IMG/VR virus record: IMGVR_UViG_3300044715_001249
Location: 1 to 52,348 of that record
DNA from: a virus
Lineage: Duplodnaviria; Caudoviricetes
Direction: 5' to 3' (one strand)
Length of the DNA: 52,348 nucleotides
Shown here: positions 7,870 to 17,375 of the stretch, one piece after another
Numbering within the stretch: position 1 is the first letter of the stretch
Layout: each line of letters opens with the position of its first letter
Program-made: the position numbers and the translations under genes
The notes under the pieces: generated by a model
Seen by the model: the letters and a program-made list of their open reading frames with translations, nothing else
Databases searched by the model: none
Told to the model about the DNA's origin: nothing

Positions 7870-9909
7870 ATGATCACCGCCATCGACACCGAGACCGAGC
7901 TCGCGGGCAATCGCAACCCGATCCCGCGGCTGGCTTGCGTGTCGATGGCGTCCGAGCTTGGCGTCGAGGTCGTGCACCACAGCGACCCGCGCTTGTTCTC
8001 GATGGTGGTCGGGGCGCTGGCGGGCGGTGCCGTGTTCGCCAACGCCCCGTTTGATTTGTTCGCGCTGTGGCGTCACCTCGGCCCCAAGCTGTGGCCGCAC
8101 ATCCGCGCCGCGCTTGAGGCCGGGCGCGTGTTCGATGTCTTGACCCGCGAGAAGCTGATCGACATCGCTGCCGGCAAGCATCGCCAGCGCGGCGCGTACA
8201 ATCTCGGAGCCGTGGCCGAGCGCCGCGCGGGCATCAAGCTCGACAAGCACGACCCCTGGCGCCGCCGCTACGGCGCCTTGATCGACATCCCGATCAAGGA
8301 CTGGCCGATCGCCGCGATCGAGTACTCGCAGCGCGACGCATGGGGCACGTGGCGCGTGTACCAAGAACAAGAGGCCGAGCGTGCGCGGCATCGGATCGAC
8401 GTGTTCCTCGACGCGCCGGCCCAGGCCCGCGCCCACCTCGCGCTGTACGCGATGACGCTGCGCGGGATCCACACCGACGCCGCCCGCGTCGAGGCGCTCG
8501 ATCGGTTGCTCTCGGAGCGGATCCGACGGCTCGAGGCGCGCATCCTGATCGACAAGCTCGGCCGGTACAAGCACAAGAAGAAGCGCCCGAGTCCCGTGGT
8601 GCGCGCCAAGGCCGCGGCGCAGGCCGCCCTCGTCGAGTGGTGCCGCGCGACGGGCCGGCAGGCCACACGCAACGACCTGACGGACGCCGCGCGCATGCGG
8701 GGCGAGACGCTGGGGTCGATCGCCATGTCCAAGAAGGCGCTCGAGGCCGCCGGGGTCCCGCGCGGGAAGTGGCTCGACCTCGACCTCGTCGACAAGGCCG
8801 ACCCGTTCAAGGTCGCGCACCCGCTCGAGGTGTATCGCGAGCTCGGCGGGCTGCGGGCGGCCTACTCCAAGAACATCCCCGTTCTGCGCCACCCTGTGAT
8901 CCGCACGCGGTACGACGAGCTCGTGAGCTCGGGCCGCACGAGCGCGTCCGGGTTCAAGTCGATCCAGGTCGAGGACGCGGACGACGACGACGACGATAGC
9001 CTCGCGGACTTCGATTGCGAGCTCGAACCCGGCGACGAGTGGGTCGGCACGAACACGCAGAACTTCGGCCGCGACGGCGGCTGGCGCGAGTGCTTGATCC
9101 CGCCGCCCGGCAAGCGCCTGGGCTCGACCGATTACGGCGCGCTCGAGCTCGTGACGTTCGCGCAGGTACAACTCGACATGCTCAAGCGCTCGACGCTCGC
9201 CGACCTCCTGCGCGCGGGCAAGGACCCGCACCGGGCATTCGCTGCCGAGCACGTACTGCGGATCCCCTACGATTTTTACAGCAAGGCCCAGCACAACGAC
9301 GCGCGCCAGCTGGCGAAGGCGTGGAACTTCGGCAAGCCCGGGGGCATGGGCGAGGGTCGGTTCATCGAGTGGGCGTGGGTGACGTACGACGTCGCGATCA
9401 CGCCGGCGCAGCACAAGCAGATCGACGCGGTCTATCACGCGGCGTTCCCAGAGGTGCGCATGTTCTGGCACGCGATCAAGAGCAAGATGCAGACCGGGCA
9501 CGGCGATCGCGGCCCGGTCTACACCGTGGTGCAGCCGCGCACGCATCGGATCCGCGGGGGCTGCGGATTCCCTGACGCCGCGAATACCCACTTTCAGGGG
9601 CTCGGCGCGGACGTGGCCAAGCGCGCGGCCTGGCTCTTGTTCTGCGCCGGCCTCGACCCGTCCTCGCCCCTGCACGGCTGCTACCAGATTCTGTTCGAGC
9701 ACGACGCGTTCTCGACCGTCATCGCCGACAGCCCCGATCACGTGCCGTGGCCGAAGGGGACCCCCAACGCCGCGGCCGGGGCGTGCGCTTGCCGGGGCTG
9801 CTCGCAGCTCGCAGAGCAGGAACGGATCATGATCGCGGCCTCGGCCGAGCTGTGCCCAGACGTGCCGATGAAGGTTGAATCGACGAACACCGATCGGTAT
9901 CAGAAGTGA
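7870..9909 (+). CDS. polA: Phage family A DNA polymerase with 3'-5' exonuclease domain
   Basis: Exo I (IDTET), Exo II (NAPFDL), Exo III (YSQRD); motif A (DYGALEL), motif B (RQLAKAWNFG), FQGLGAD, motif C (HD). Confidence 0.92.
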   Translation: MITAIDTETELAGNRNPIPRLACVSMASELGVEVVHHSDPRLFSMVVGALAGGAVFANAPFDLFALWRHLGPKLWPHIRAALEAGRVFDVLTREKLIDIAAGKHRQRGAYNLGAVAERRAGIKLDKHDPWRRRYGALIDIPIKDWPIAAIEYSQRDAWGTWRVYQEQEAERARHRIDVFLDAPAQARAHLALYAMTLRGIHTDAARVEALDRLLSERIRRLEARILIDKLGRYKHKKKRPSPVVRAKAAAQAALVEWCRATGRQATRNDLTDAARMRGETLGSIAMSKKALEAAGVPRGKWLDLDLVDKADPFKVAHPLEVYRELGGLRAAYSKNIPVLRHPVIRTRYDELVSSGRTSASGFKSIQVEDADDDDDDSLADFDCELEPGDEWVGTNTQNFGRDGGWRECLIPPPGKRLGSTDYGALELVTFAQVQLDMLKRSTLADLLRAGKDPHRAFAAEHVLRIPYDFYSKAQHNDARQLAKAWNFGKPGGMGEGRFIEWAWVTYDVAITPAQHKQIDAVYHAAFPEVRMFWHAIKSKMQTGHGDRGPVYTVVQPRTHRIRGGCGFPDAANTHFQGLGADVAKRAAWLLFCAGLDPSSPLHGCYQILFEHDAFSTVIADSPDHVPWPKGTPNAAAGACACRGCSQLAEQERIMIAASAELCPDVPMKVESTNTDRYQK

Positions 9910-9958
9910 CGATTTTTTCTAGACACGCCCGCCCCGAGCCCGTAGAGATCAAGAACCG

Positions 9959-10165
9959 ATGCGACTGTCATCCACGATCACCGACGACGAGATCACGCAC
10001 GTGTGCGAGTTGATCGCCACAGGTCAGAGCTACGTGCCTGTACCGCGATGCGGTCGCGTGCTGCTCGCGTGCATGCACCTTGGCTTGTTCGACGACCCAA
10101 CCCGCGCCGTGCCGACGCTGACGCCGGCCGGGCTCGCCCGCGCCGAGGGGAGGCCGTACCCGTGA
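9959..10165 (+). CDS. Hypothetical protein
   Basis: Clean ORF after a promoter-like T-tract; GTGA overlap downstream. Confidence 0.5.
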   Translation: MRLSSTITDDEITHVCELIATGQSYVPVPRCGRVLLACMHLGLFDDPTRAVPTLTPAGLARAEGRPYP

Positions 10166-10803
10166 GCAAGAAACTCGCCCCTATCCACCCGACCGAGGCG
10201 CCCAAGCCCGTGACCGTGGATCTGTTCGCGTCGTATGCCGAGGCGAAGGCGTCGAGCTCGACGACGGCCGACCACGCCGCGCAGATCCTCGCGCTCGATT
10301 CGATCGACGGCCCCGAGCAAGAGGCCTGGGTGGCCGAGCGCGGACGCGAGATCGCGGCGGCGCGCTCGGCCCTCGACGCGCAGCTCAAGACCTGGCTCAA
10401 GCCCGTGCGCGAGCTCGAGGTCACGATCAAGGGCTTCGCCTCGGTCGTGTTCGAGGGCAAGCCCACGCCGATCCCGAAGCTGCTAGAGCGCTGCAGCAAG
10501 CACCTCGCCGATCTGCTCGGCGCCGCCCGGGCGCGCGCAGCCGTGACTCAGGCCGCGCTGCTGCCCGCGGCTCGGTCGGCCGAGGAGGTGAGCGCGGCCT
10601 TGGCCGTGCTGCAGCCCAAGCCCGCGGGCTTCGTCGAGGTCGAGCACTGGAGCTGGGAGATCGCAGACATCGCCTCGATCCCGCACACGTATTTTGTCCT
10701 CGACGTGGCGCGACTGGACGCCGAAGCGAGCGAGCAGAAGGGCGCGATGGCGGTGCCGGGTATTCGCCCGGTCTGCACCAAGAAGGGACATTTTCGATCA
10801 TGA
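10162..10803 (+). CDS. Phage coiled-coil protein of unknown function
   Basis: Helical N-terminus; C-terminal WSWEIADIASIP...YF...VPGIR pattern of a type common in phage replication regions. Start moved to GTG 10162. Confidence 0.65.
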   Translation: MSKKLAPIHPTEAPKPVTVDLFASYAEAKASSSTTADHAAQILALDSIDGPEQEAWVAERGREIAAARSALDAQLKTWLKPVRELEVTIKGFASVVFEGKPTPIPKLLERCSKHLADLLGAARARAAVTQAALLPAARSAEEVSAALAVLQPKPAGFVEVEHWSWEIADIASIPHTYFVLDVARLDAEASEQKGAMAVPGIRPVCTKKGHFRS

Positions 10804-11096
10804 GCCGTCGAGAACTAGGACCATCCCCAGGCCGCGCCGCTGCGTTGCGCAAGCAAGTCGAGGCCACCAAGCCCGGCCGACCCAGCATCCTCGACGAGGC
10901 CGCGGCCATGACCGCAAGCAAGCGATGGGTGTTCACCGCCGAACAGCTCGCAGACATCGCCGAGGTGCGAGCGGCTGTGGCCGCGGGCAAGATCCCGCGC
11001 GTGGGTACCGAGCGGCTCGCGCGCGTCTTGAAAGCGCGGTACGCTATGCCGTGGTCGGTCGCATCGATCCGCGATCACATCAAGGAGACCCCTTGA
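10800..11096 (+). CDS. Small basic protein, possibly HTH DNA-binding
   Basis: Overlap-coupled to both neighbours; VGTERLARVL...SVASIRDHI. Confidence 0.55.
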   Translation: MSRRELGPSPGRAAALRKQVEATKPGRPSILDEAAAMTASKRWVFTAEQLADIAEVRAAVAAGKIPRVGTERLARVLKARYAMPWSVASIRDHIKETP

Positions 11097-12211
11097 CCCA
11101 CCGCGAGACCATCGCCGAAGGGCTGGCCCGCGAGGCCGCCGAATCCGCAGCCCGCGAGGATGCGACCCGCAAGGCCCGCGCTGAGCAGCGCCTGCGCGAC
11201 ACCAACGCGACGCTGCGCGCGAAAGTCGAGACCTTGACCGCGGACCTTGCCGCGGCGAGCACCTACGCCGACGCGTTGCAGTACGTGAAGGCGAACCCGC
11301 TCGAGCCCGTGCGCATCGCCCCGCGCGAGAAGTCGAGCCGCGCGCACGAGGCGATCGCGGTCTGCGTGCTCTCCGATCTGCACCTCGACGAGAGCGTCGA
11401 CCCGGCCGAGATCAACGGGCTGAACGAGTACAACCCGGCGATCGCGGCCGAGCGTATGGATCGACTGGCGATCGGGCTCGTGTGGCAACTCGAACTCATG
11501 CGGGCTTCGGGCTCGGGTGCGGGCTACAAGATCCGCGATCTGCTCGTGCCGAACCTCGGCGACGTAACGACGAACTACTTGCGCGACGAGGACATCCACG
11601 GCAACGCGATGACCCCGATGGATGGGTTCGTGTTCGCGGCCGGCCTCGAGGTTCGATTCCTCGCGACCATCGCCGAGCGGTGCCCGTGGCTCGCACGCAT
11701 CCATTGCCCGCGCGTGCCGGGCAATCACGACCGCATGTCGTTGACCCGCCGCACGCCGTTTCGCAAGCGCGTGGCGCTGAGTTCGGCGCCCCTGCTCGCG
11801 CACATGATCGCGAGCGCGCCGGAGATCCGCGCCGACAAGCGCATCACGATCGAGCTGAGCCACGCCGAACATGTCTATGTCGATGTCTTCGGCAAGACCC
11901 TCCGCGGCATGCACGGCGATCGGTTCAAATATCAGGGCGGCGTGGGCGGGATCTTCGTTCCGGCGCGGCGTCACGTCCAAGGCCTGAACAAGACGCGCCA
12001 CGCCGAGATCACGATCTTCGGCCACTACCACACACAGAAGGCCGACGATCTGTGGATCTCGAACGGATCGCTGATCGGCCCGAACGCGTACTCGATCGCG
12101 AACGGAATGGACCCAGAGCCGCCGGCCCAAGTGTTTTTCCTGATCGACAAGGCTCGTGGCAAACGCAACGTCACGCCGATCCAGGTCGGCCGAAAGGATG
12201 AATGGTCATGA
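11093..12211 (+). CDS. Calcineurin-like metallophosphoesterase with N-terminal coiled coil
   Basis: All five motifs present: SDLH, GD, GNHD, HG, GHYH. TTG start with AAGGAG RBS. Confidence 0.88.
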   Translation: MTHRETIAEGLAREAAESAAREDATRKARAEQRLRDTNATLRAKVETLTADLAAASTYADALQYVKANPLEPVRIAPREKSSRAHEAIAVCVLSDLHLDESVDPAEINGLNEYNPAIAAERMDRLAIGLVWQLELMRASGSGAGYKIRDLLVPNLGDVTTNYLRDEDIHGNAMTPMDGFVFAAGLEVRFLATIAERCPWLARIHCPRVPGNHDRMSLTRRTPFRKRVALSSAPLLAHMIASAPEIRADKRITIELSHAEHVYVDVFGKTLRGMHGDRFKYQGGVGGIFVPARRHVQGLNKTRHAEITIFGHYHTQKADDLWISNGSLIGPNAYSIANGMDPEPPAQVFFLIDKARGKRNVTPIQVGRKDEWS

Positions 12212-12753
12212 CCTCCGGCCCCTACATGATGGCACGATCTGGGCGACGATTCTACTTCGCCGCCCCTGACCCAGAGGCGATCGACCTCGGCGACATCGTG
12301 TTTGCGTTGCGGTACCTGCACCGCTATACCGGGCACGTCGGCCGGTATGACGTCGGCGTGCATAGCGTCAACGTGCTCGCGTGCGCCCGCGAACTCGGGG
12401 CCGACCATGCAACGCAGCGCGCGGCCCTCATGCATGACGCGCACGAGGCTTTCGTGGGCGATGTGTCGTCGCCGTTGAAAGCCGCGATGCGGGCCGAGCT
12501 CGGCATGGATGTGGCGTGTCCGTACGATGAGATCGAGGACCGCGCTGCGCTCGCCGTCCGGCGACGGTTCAAGATCGAGGGCTTCGACGAGGCTCTCGTG
12601 GCCAAGGCCGATCGCATGGTCACGCACGCCGAGGCGCTGCATTTCCTCGGCGAGCCCGCTCGAGCTTGGGCCGCTGACCCGTGGACCGGGCTGCGGTACG
12701 AAATGCACCCCGAGCGGTTCGCCTGGGCGTGCCAGGACTGGGGGATCGTGTGA
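12208..12753 (+). CDS. HD-domain phosphohydrolase (YfbR/YfdR-like 5'-deoxynucleotidase)
   Basis: RYTGH, VGVHS, ALMHDAHEAFVGD..SPLK and KAD motifs. Confidence 0.85.
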   Translation: MTSGPYMMARSGRRFYFAAPDPEAIDLGDIVFALRYLHRYTGHVGRYDVGVHSVNVLACARELGADHATQRAALMHDAHEAFVGDVSSPLKAAMRAELGMDVACPYDEIEDRAALAVRRRFKIEGFDEALVAKADRMVTHAEALHFLGEPARAWAADPWTGLRYEMHPERFAWACQDWGIV

Positions 12754-13070
12754 TCGACAATAAGGTCACGCCGGCGAGGTGGCGCGCTGCGTTGCGTCGC
12801 ATTCGTCGGATCGCTCCGGTCACCACGCCGGTGCGATTCGTGCGGTCAAGTAGCGGGCCCTACTGCGCTTACGTCTGGATCGCGGACAAAGGCCACCGCA
12901 TCGTGATCTCCGATTCGATCGGCTGGCAGGCGCTGATCGATTCGCTGCTGCACGAGTGGACGCACGTGCTCCGCCACGAAGCCGATCCGCACGCAGACCC
13001 CGACGCGCACGACGATCTATTTTGGATCGAGTTCGGGGCCCTGTACCGTGCGTGGAGGCGGTGCAAGTGA
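12750..13070 (+). CDS. Small HEXXH zincin-like metalloprotein
   Basis: LIDSLLHEWTH...HDDLFW; GTGA overlaps. Confidence 0.65.
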   Translation: MIDNKVTPARWRAALRRIRRIAPVTTPVRFVRSSSGPYCAYVWIADKGHRIVISDSIGWQALIDSLLHEWTHVLRHEADPHADPDAHDDLFWIEFGALYRAWRRCK

Positions 13071-13156
13071 AAGCCCTGCACTGGCTCGCCGTCCCGCCGC
13101 TCGTCGTGCTCACCCTGTTCCTGTACCTGTTCGCCACTCACGAGGATCACCGATGA
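13067..13156 (+). CDS. 29-aa membrane peptide
   Basis: VKALHWLAVPPLVVLTLFLYLFATHEDHR*; overlaps both neighbours by 4 nt. Confidence 0.45.
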   Translation: MKALHWLAVPPLVVLTLFLYLFATHEDHR

Positions 13157-13419
13157 CCGACCGAAAGCTAGCACTAGAACTCGCCCTCGCCGATGTCGCG
13201 GCCGAACTCATGGCCGCGCGCATGTCCTGGCCCCCGTTCAACTCGGCGCACGAGGGCTACGCCGTCGCGGCCGAAGAGGTCGACGAGCTGTGGCAGCACG
13301 TCAAGGTCAAGCAATGCAATCGCGACCTCGACGCGATGCGGCGCGAGGCGATCCAGGCCGCGGCCATGTTCGCCGCTTTCGCCGCTGAGTGCTGCGGCGA
13401 GAAGACGGGGAGGACGTGA
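13153..13419 (+). CDS. MazG-like all-alpha NTP pyrophosphohydrolase
   Basis: SAHEGYAV-AAEEVDELW ... RREAIQAAAM; GAGGA RBS. Confidence 0.72.
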   Translation: MTDRKLALELALADVAAELMAARMSWPPFNSAHEGYAVAAEEVDELWQHVKVKQCNRDLDAMRREAIQAAAMFAAFAAECCGEKTGRT

Positions 13420-14066
13420 TGGACTACAGCAACGGACGAACCGCCGGGGATGATGCGATCGCGTGCGATATGCCGATGTGCAGTCGCGATGCCGAGCGTG
13501 GTGGACGATGCTACGCGCATCGTCACATCGATCAGGATTTCACGCTTTCGGCCGCGGCCGCGGCCGCGCCCAAGCCCCGCGCCGAGATCGAGGCCGAGAA
13601 GGCGGCCAAGCCGCGGCCCGACCTGTTGCCGCCCGCTGCGCTCGCGCTCGCGCTGCATCACAAGCGCAGTATCTCGGAAGCCTTCGACGCCTTCGCCCGA
13701 TTCACGGCGACGCGGGATCGGTTCGCGCTCGGCTCGGCGCTCGACTGCATCTTGTTCGAGATTGGCGGCGACCGTGCTACGGCCCTCATGGCCGCGGGCG
13801 AGATCATGGGCGTGGGCCTGCGCAAGCACGGGCCGTGCACGTGGCGGATCGCAGGCACCGAGCAGGCCGACCCGCAGACGCACTACGCCTCGGCGGTGCG
13901 GCATATCCTCGAGCACTGCGCCGGCGTCACCGTCGACCCGGACTCTGGCAAGCACCCGCTCTTGCACGCGGTCTGCCAGATCGCGATCATGCTCAACCTG
14001 ATCGACGACCCGCCGAACTACCCCGAGGACAACGACGGCCGTGCCATGATCGGGAGGCCAAAGTGA
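13419..14066 (+). CDS. DUF5664-like dATP/dGTP diphosphohydrolase domain protein with N-terminal Cys/His cluster
   Basis: KPRPDLLPP...GLRKHG..TW...SAVRH...DPDSGKHPLLHA pattern; GGAGG RBS. Confidence 0.75.
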   Translation: MDYSNGRTAGDDAIACDMPMCSRDAERGGRCYAHRHIDQDFTLSAAAAAAPKPRAEIEAEKAAKPRPDLLPPAALALALHHKRSISEAFDAFARFTATRDRFALGSALDCILFEIGGDRATALMAAGEIMGVGLRKHGPCTWRIAGTEQADPQTHYASAVRHILEHCAGVTVDPDSGKHPLLHAVCQIAIMLNLIDDPPNYPEDNDGRAMIGRPK

Positions 14067-15490
14067 GCGCACCGCACACGTTCGTCGTACAGGGCGATTG
14101 CCTTGACGTGCTCAAGACCTTTCCCGACGCCTCGATCTCGGCCGTGGTCACAGACCCGCCGTACGGCCTGAGCAAGGAGCCGGACATGCTCGAGGTGCTG
14201 CGGCACTGGCTGGACGATGGCGAGGTCTATCGCCACACCGGCGGCGGGTTCATGGGCAAGACCTGGGACTCGTTCGTGCCCGGGCCCGAGGTGTGGCGCG
14301 AGGTGCTGCGCGTGCTCAAGCCCGGCGGGCACGCGCTCGTGTTCAGCGGCACGCGCACGTACGACCTGACGGTGCTCGCGATGCGCATCGCCGGCTTCGA
14401 GATCCGGGACCAGCTCGCGTGGATGTACGGCTCGGGGTTCCCGAAGTCGATGAACGTCGCGCTCGCGATGGCGAAGCACCTCGGCGAGAAGTTCGTCGAA
14501 GTACCGCACCCGACGAACGCGTGCCCCGGCGGACAGTGGTGTCGCTGCACAGATCGCGACGAGCGCTCGCAGTCGGGCGCGACGAAGCACCCGCCCGATT
14601 ACGAGTTCGCCGACGACTCGGTCGCCGTGCAGTGGGACGGGATCGGTACAGCCCTGAAGCCCGCGCAGGAACCGATCGTGCTCGCGCGCAAGCCCCTCGC
14701 AGGCACCGTCGCGGCGAACGTGCTCGCGCACGGGACCGGGGGGATCAACGTGGACGCGTGTCGGATCGGGTTCGCGCCCGGTACCACCACCGCGTGTGCG
14801 GCATCGGCCGGCAGCGGCTCGGGCAAGGCTAGCACCAACGTGGGGTTCGTGGGTGGCATCGTCTCGCCCGCGCACGAGGCCGGCCGATGGCCCGCGAACG
14901 TGCTGTTCGACGAGACCGCGGCCGCGATGCTGGACGAGCAGACGGGCCCCGTCGCCGGGCAGCAAGGACGCGCGAAGGTCGCCGGCAGCGAGCAAACGCG
15001 CACCGTCTACAGCGGCGGTCGCAACTACCGATCAGGCAACCCCGAGCCGCGGGGCGACACCGGCGGCGCGTCCCGGTTTTTCTACGCCGCGAAGACCAGC
15101 CGCGCCGAACGGGAAGCGGGGCTCGATCACCTGCCGGCGGTCAAGCCTGCGACGGTCACGGGCCGCGCCGAGGACAGCGCAGGGCAGAAACACGCTCGCT
15201 CGGGCATGCCCGGCGGCGAGCCCCGCCGCAACGTCCATCCTACGGTCAAGCCGATCGCCCTCATGCGCTACCTCGTCCGGCTCATCACGCCGCCCGGCGG
15301 CATGGTCCTGGACCCGTTCGCGGGCTCGGGCTCGACGCTCTGCGCGGCCGTGCTCGAGGGCGTGACCTCGGTCGGCATCGAGCTCACGCCCGAGTACATC
15401 CCGATCATCGAGGGGCGCGTCGAGCATTGCAAGACCGTTGCAGCCATTGCGGGTGCCGATGCGCGCGAACGATTCGAGGCCGATCAATGA
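14063..15490 (+). CDS. DNA amino-methyltransferase (N4-C/N6-A, beta class)
   Basis: GDC, VTDPPY, HPTVKP and LDPFAGSGST in beta-class order. Start trimmed to GTG 14063 (GGAGG RBS). Confidence 0.92.
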   Translation: MSAPHTFVVQGDCLDVLKTFPDASISAVVTDPPYGLSKEPDMLEVLRHWLDDGEVYRHTGGGFMGKTWDSFVPGPEVWREVLRVLKPGGHALVFSGTRTYDLTVLAMRIAGFEIRDQLAWMYGSGFPKSMNVALAMAKHLGEKFVEVPHPTNACPGGQWCRCTDRDERSQSGATKHPPDYEFADDSVAVQWDGIGTALKPAQEPIVLARKPLAGTVAANVLAHGTGGINVDACRIGFAPGTTTACAASAGSGSGKASTNVGFVGGIVSPAHEAGRWPANVLFDETAAAMLDEQTGPVAGQQGRAKVAGSEQTRTVYSGGRNYRSGNPEPRGDTGGASRFFYAAKTSRAEREAGLDHLPAVKPATVTGRAEDSAGQKHARSGMPGGEPRRNVHPTVKPIALMRYLVRLITPPGGMVLDPFAGSGSTLCAAVLEGVTSVGIELTPEYIPIIEGRVEHCKTVAAIAGADARERFEADQ

Positions 15491-15906
15491 CCTTCCGCAT
15501 GCCACGACCTCGACGAGCCGACCCCGAGGGCGATCTACAACGCGAGATCGTTGGGCTGCTGCGCATCGCTGGCGTCGATTTCTGCCACGTGCCGAACTCG
15601 ACCGGGCGCGGCGGGGCGCGACGTCAGGGGCAGCTCAAGGCGTTGGGGGTCGAGCGCGGGATCTCGGACCTGTTGATCTTCGATCGGCCCCCTGCACATC
15701 AGCGCGGCGCATGGATCCCGTGTGGCGCGTGCCTTGAGCTCAAGGCGAAGGATCGTGCGAGCCCGGTCAACCCGTGGGACGACAAGCGCGCGAGCCTCGA
15801 ACAACGCGAGTTCTTGCGCCGGCGCCACGCCCAGGGCTGGGCCGTCGCGGTCTGCGGCCCGGGCGAGGCGCTCGCGCAGCTCAAGGCATGGGGGTTTCTC
15901 CGATGA
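15487..15906 (+). CDS. VRR-NUC domain nuclease
   Basis: EGDLQ, HVPN, GVERGISDL, LELKA, SLEQREF, GWAVAV. Confidence 0.85.
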   Translation: MTFRMPRPRRADPEGDLQREIVGLLRIAGVDFCHVPNSTGRGGARRQGQLKALGVERGISDLLIFDRPPAHQRGAWIPCGACLELKAKDRASPVNPWDDKRASLEQREFLRRRHAQGWAVAVCGPGEALAQLKAWGFLR

Positions 15907-16088
15907 TTGAACGCCCTCACGTCCGAGTTCGCGTGCTCGACCATCCCCTCGTGTGGGTGCTGATCCGCGAGACCGCCGGCCCCCTCGGCGCCGTCGTCGA
16001 GCTCGCCGCCGCGGGCCGGCGCCTCGTCGTGCCCCGGTGCTGGGTGCGGCAGACGGACGAGGCCGTGTCGATCAGGGCCGTTGTATGA
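15903..16088 (+). CDS. Hypothetical protein
   Basis: ATGA overlaps on both sides. Confidence 0.5.
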   Translation: MIERPHVRVRVLDHPLVWVLIRETAGPLGAVVELAAAGRRLVVPRCWVRQTDEAVSIRAVV

Positions 16089-16696
16089 TCGCTGCGCTGT
16101 TCGTCGAGGCCGATGGGGTCTATGCAGGGCGCGACGACGTCGACGCGTGGTCGATCGACCGCGACGCGCGGCGCTACACCGGCACCGCACCCGTGGTCGC
16201 ACACCCGCCGTGCGAGAGGTGGGGCCGGTATTGGAGCGGCGGCCCGTCGGCCAAGGTGCGGCGCTTGCTCGGCGACGACGGCGGGTGTTTCGCGACCGCG
16301 CTCGCGAACGTGCGTCGGTGCGGCGGCGTGCTTGAGCACCCCGAGGCATCGCATGCGTGGACTGCGTTCGGTCTCACCAAGCCGCCGAAGCGCGGCGGAT
16401 GGATCCCAGCGGGCGACGGCATCGGGCACACGTGCTGCGTCGAGCAGGGGCACTATGGTCACGCCGCGCGCAAGGCGACATGGCTATACGCCGTTCGTAC
16501 GACACGCCCCGATCTGATCTGGGGCTCGAGCGGATCGCGTGCCCGGCTCGAGCCAGGATTTCACTCGGCGGCCGAGCGCGCCGCAGCACCGCCCGAACGC
16601 CGACTCGTGTCGCGGCTCAGCCGCGACGAGCGCATCGGGACCCCCCCCGCGTTCGCCGAGCTGTTGCTCGACCTCGCTCGATCTGTCACCCCCTGA
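16085..16696 (+). CDS. Divergent C5-cytosine methyltransferase-like protein
   Basis: VVAHPPC (motif IV), VLEHP (motif VI), YGH.ARK.TWLY; atypical motif I (LFVEADG). Confidence 0.65.
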   Translation: MIAALFVEADGVYAGRDDVDAWSIDRDARRYTGTAPVVAHPPCERWGRYWSGGPSAKVRRLLGDDGGCFATALANVRRCGGVLEHPEASHAWTAFGLTKPPKRGGWIPAGDGIGHTCCVEQGHYGHAARKATWLYAVRTTRPDLIWGSSGSRARLEPGFHSAAERAAAPPERRLVSRLSRDERIGTPPAFAELLLDLARSVTP

Positions 16697-17375
16697 TCTG
16701 CCACAGCAACGAGCGCCCGACGAGATGCCGCAGCGCCCAGATCTGGATCCGCTTCGGGCGCCCGGCCGCCTCCCATGCGAGCCGCAGCCCGTTGGGCGGC
16801 TGCGAGTACCCGGCGAGCGCCGGGATCATCGCGGCCGTCGGTGCGCGCTTGGCCCAGCCCGCGAGCACGCCTGGGATCCGGGCGTGGCTAAGCGAGCCCT
16901 CGCGCGTCGTGGCGTACGCCTGCGGGCCGACCACGTCGGCGCGGGCGAGCAGTGGGTCGAGGCTCTTGGGGGCGTACCCGATCCCGGTCACGCCCTCGCG
17001 CGCGCCCGCGAGGTCGATCAGGTCCGCGGCTGCGGCCGGGTCGAGCCCGCCGCGCGCCTGCGTCCACGGTTCTTCAGCATCCCACCAGATCACGCGCACG
17101 CCGTAGTCCACGCTCGACTGCGTGAGCCAGTCGCACGCCGCGGCGATGTAGTCGCGGTGCGGCATCGCCCACGCGGTGAGCTCGAGCACGAGCCCTGCGT
17201 CGACGATCCGGCGGCACGCCTCGTCGGTCCCGGCGTCGGGCTTGAACTTGCTCGAGGAATCGCGGAATGGGCTCGCGTCGTGGACCATCACGTTGAGCGC
17301 CGTCACGCCCTCGGCGACGGCCCACTCGATCTGGGTCTTGGTCGGGCGCGCGCACCAGAGCGTGATGTCGATCAT
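16686..17375 (-). CDS. Putative TIM-barrel glycoside hydrolase (GH25-like; endolysin candidate)
   Basis: Alternating beta/alpha pattern, WDAEE (DxE) and PQAY; own -10 box 6 nt upstream of ATG 17375. Confidence 0.45.
   Translation of the reverse strand: MIDITLWCARPTKTQIEWAVAEGVTALNVMVHDASPFRDSSSKFKPDAGTDEACRRIVDAGLVLELTAWAMPHRDYIAAACDWLTQSSVDYGVRVIWWDAEEPWTQARGGLDPAAAADLIDLAGAREGVTGIGYAPKSLDPLLARADVVGPQAYATTREGSLSHARIPGVLAGWAKRAPTAAMIPALAGYSQPPNGLRLAWEAAGRPKRIQIWALRHLVGRSLLWQIRG

Noticed and set aside
11093-14066. Z-genome (2-aminoadenine) or 7-deazaguanine pathway
   Set aside because: No PurZ/PurA-like, DpdA or Que gene was recognisable, so the accessory hydrolases alone do not support the call.
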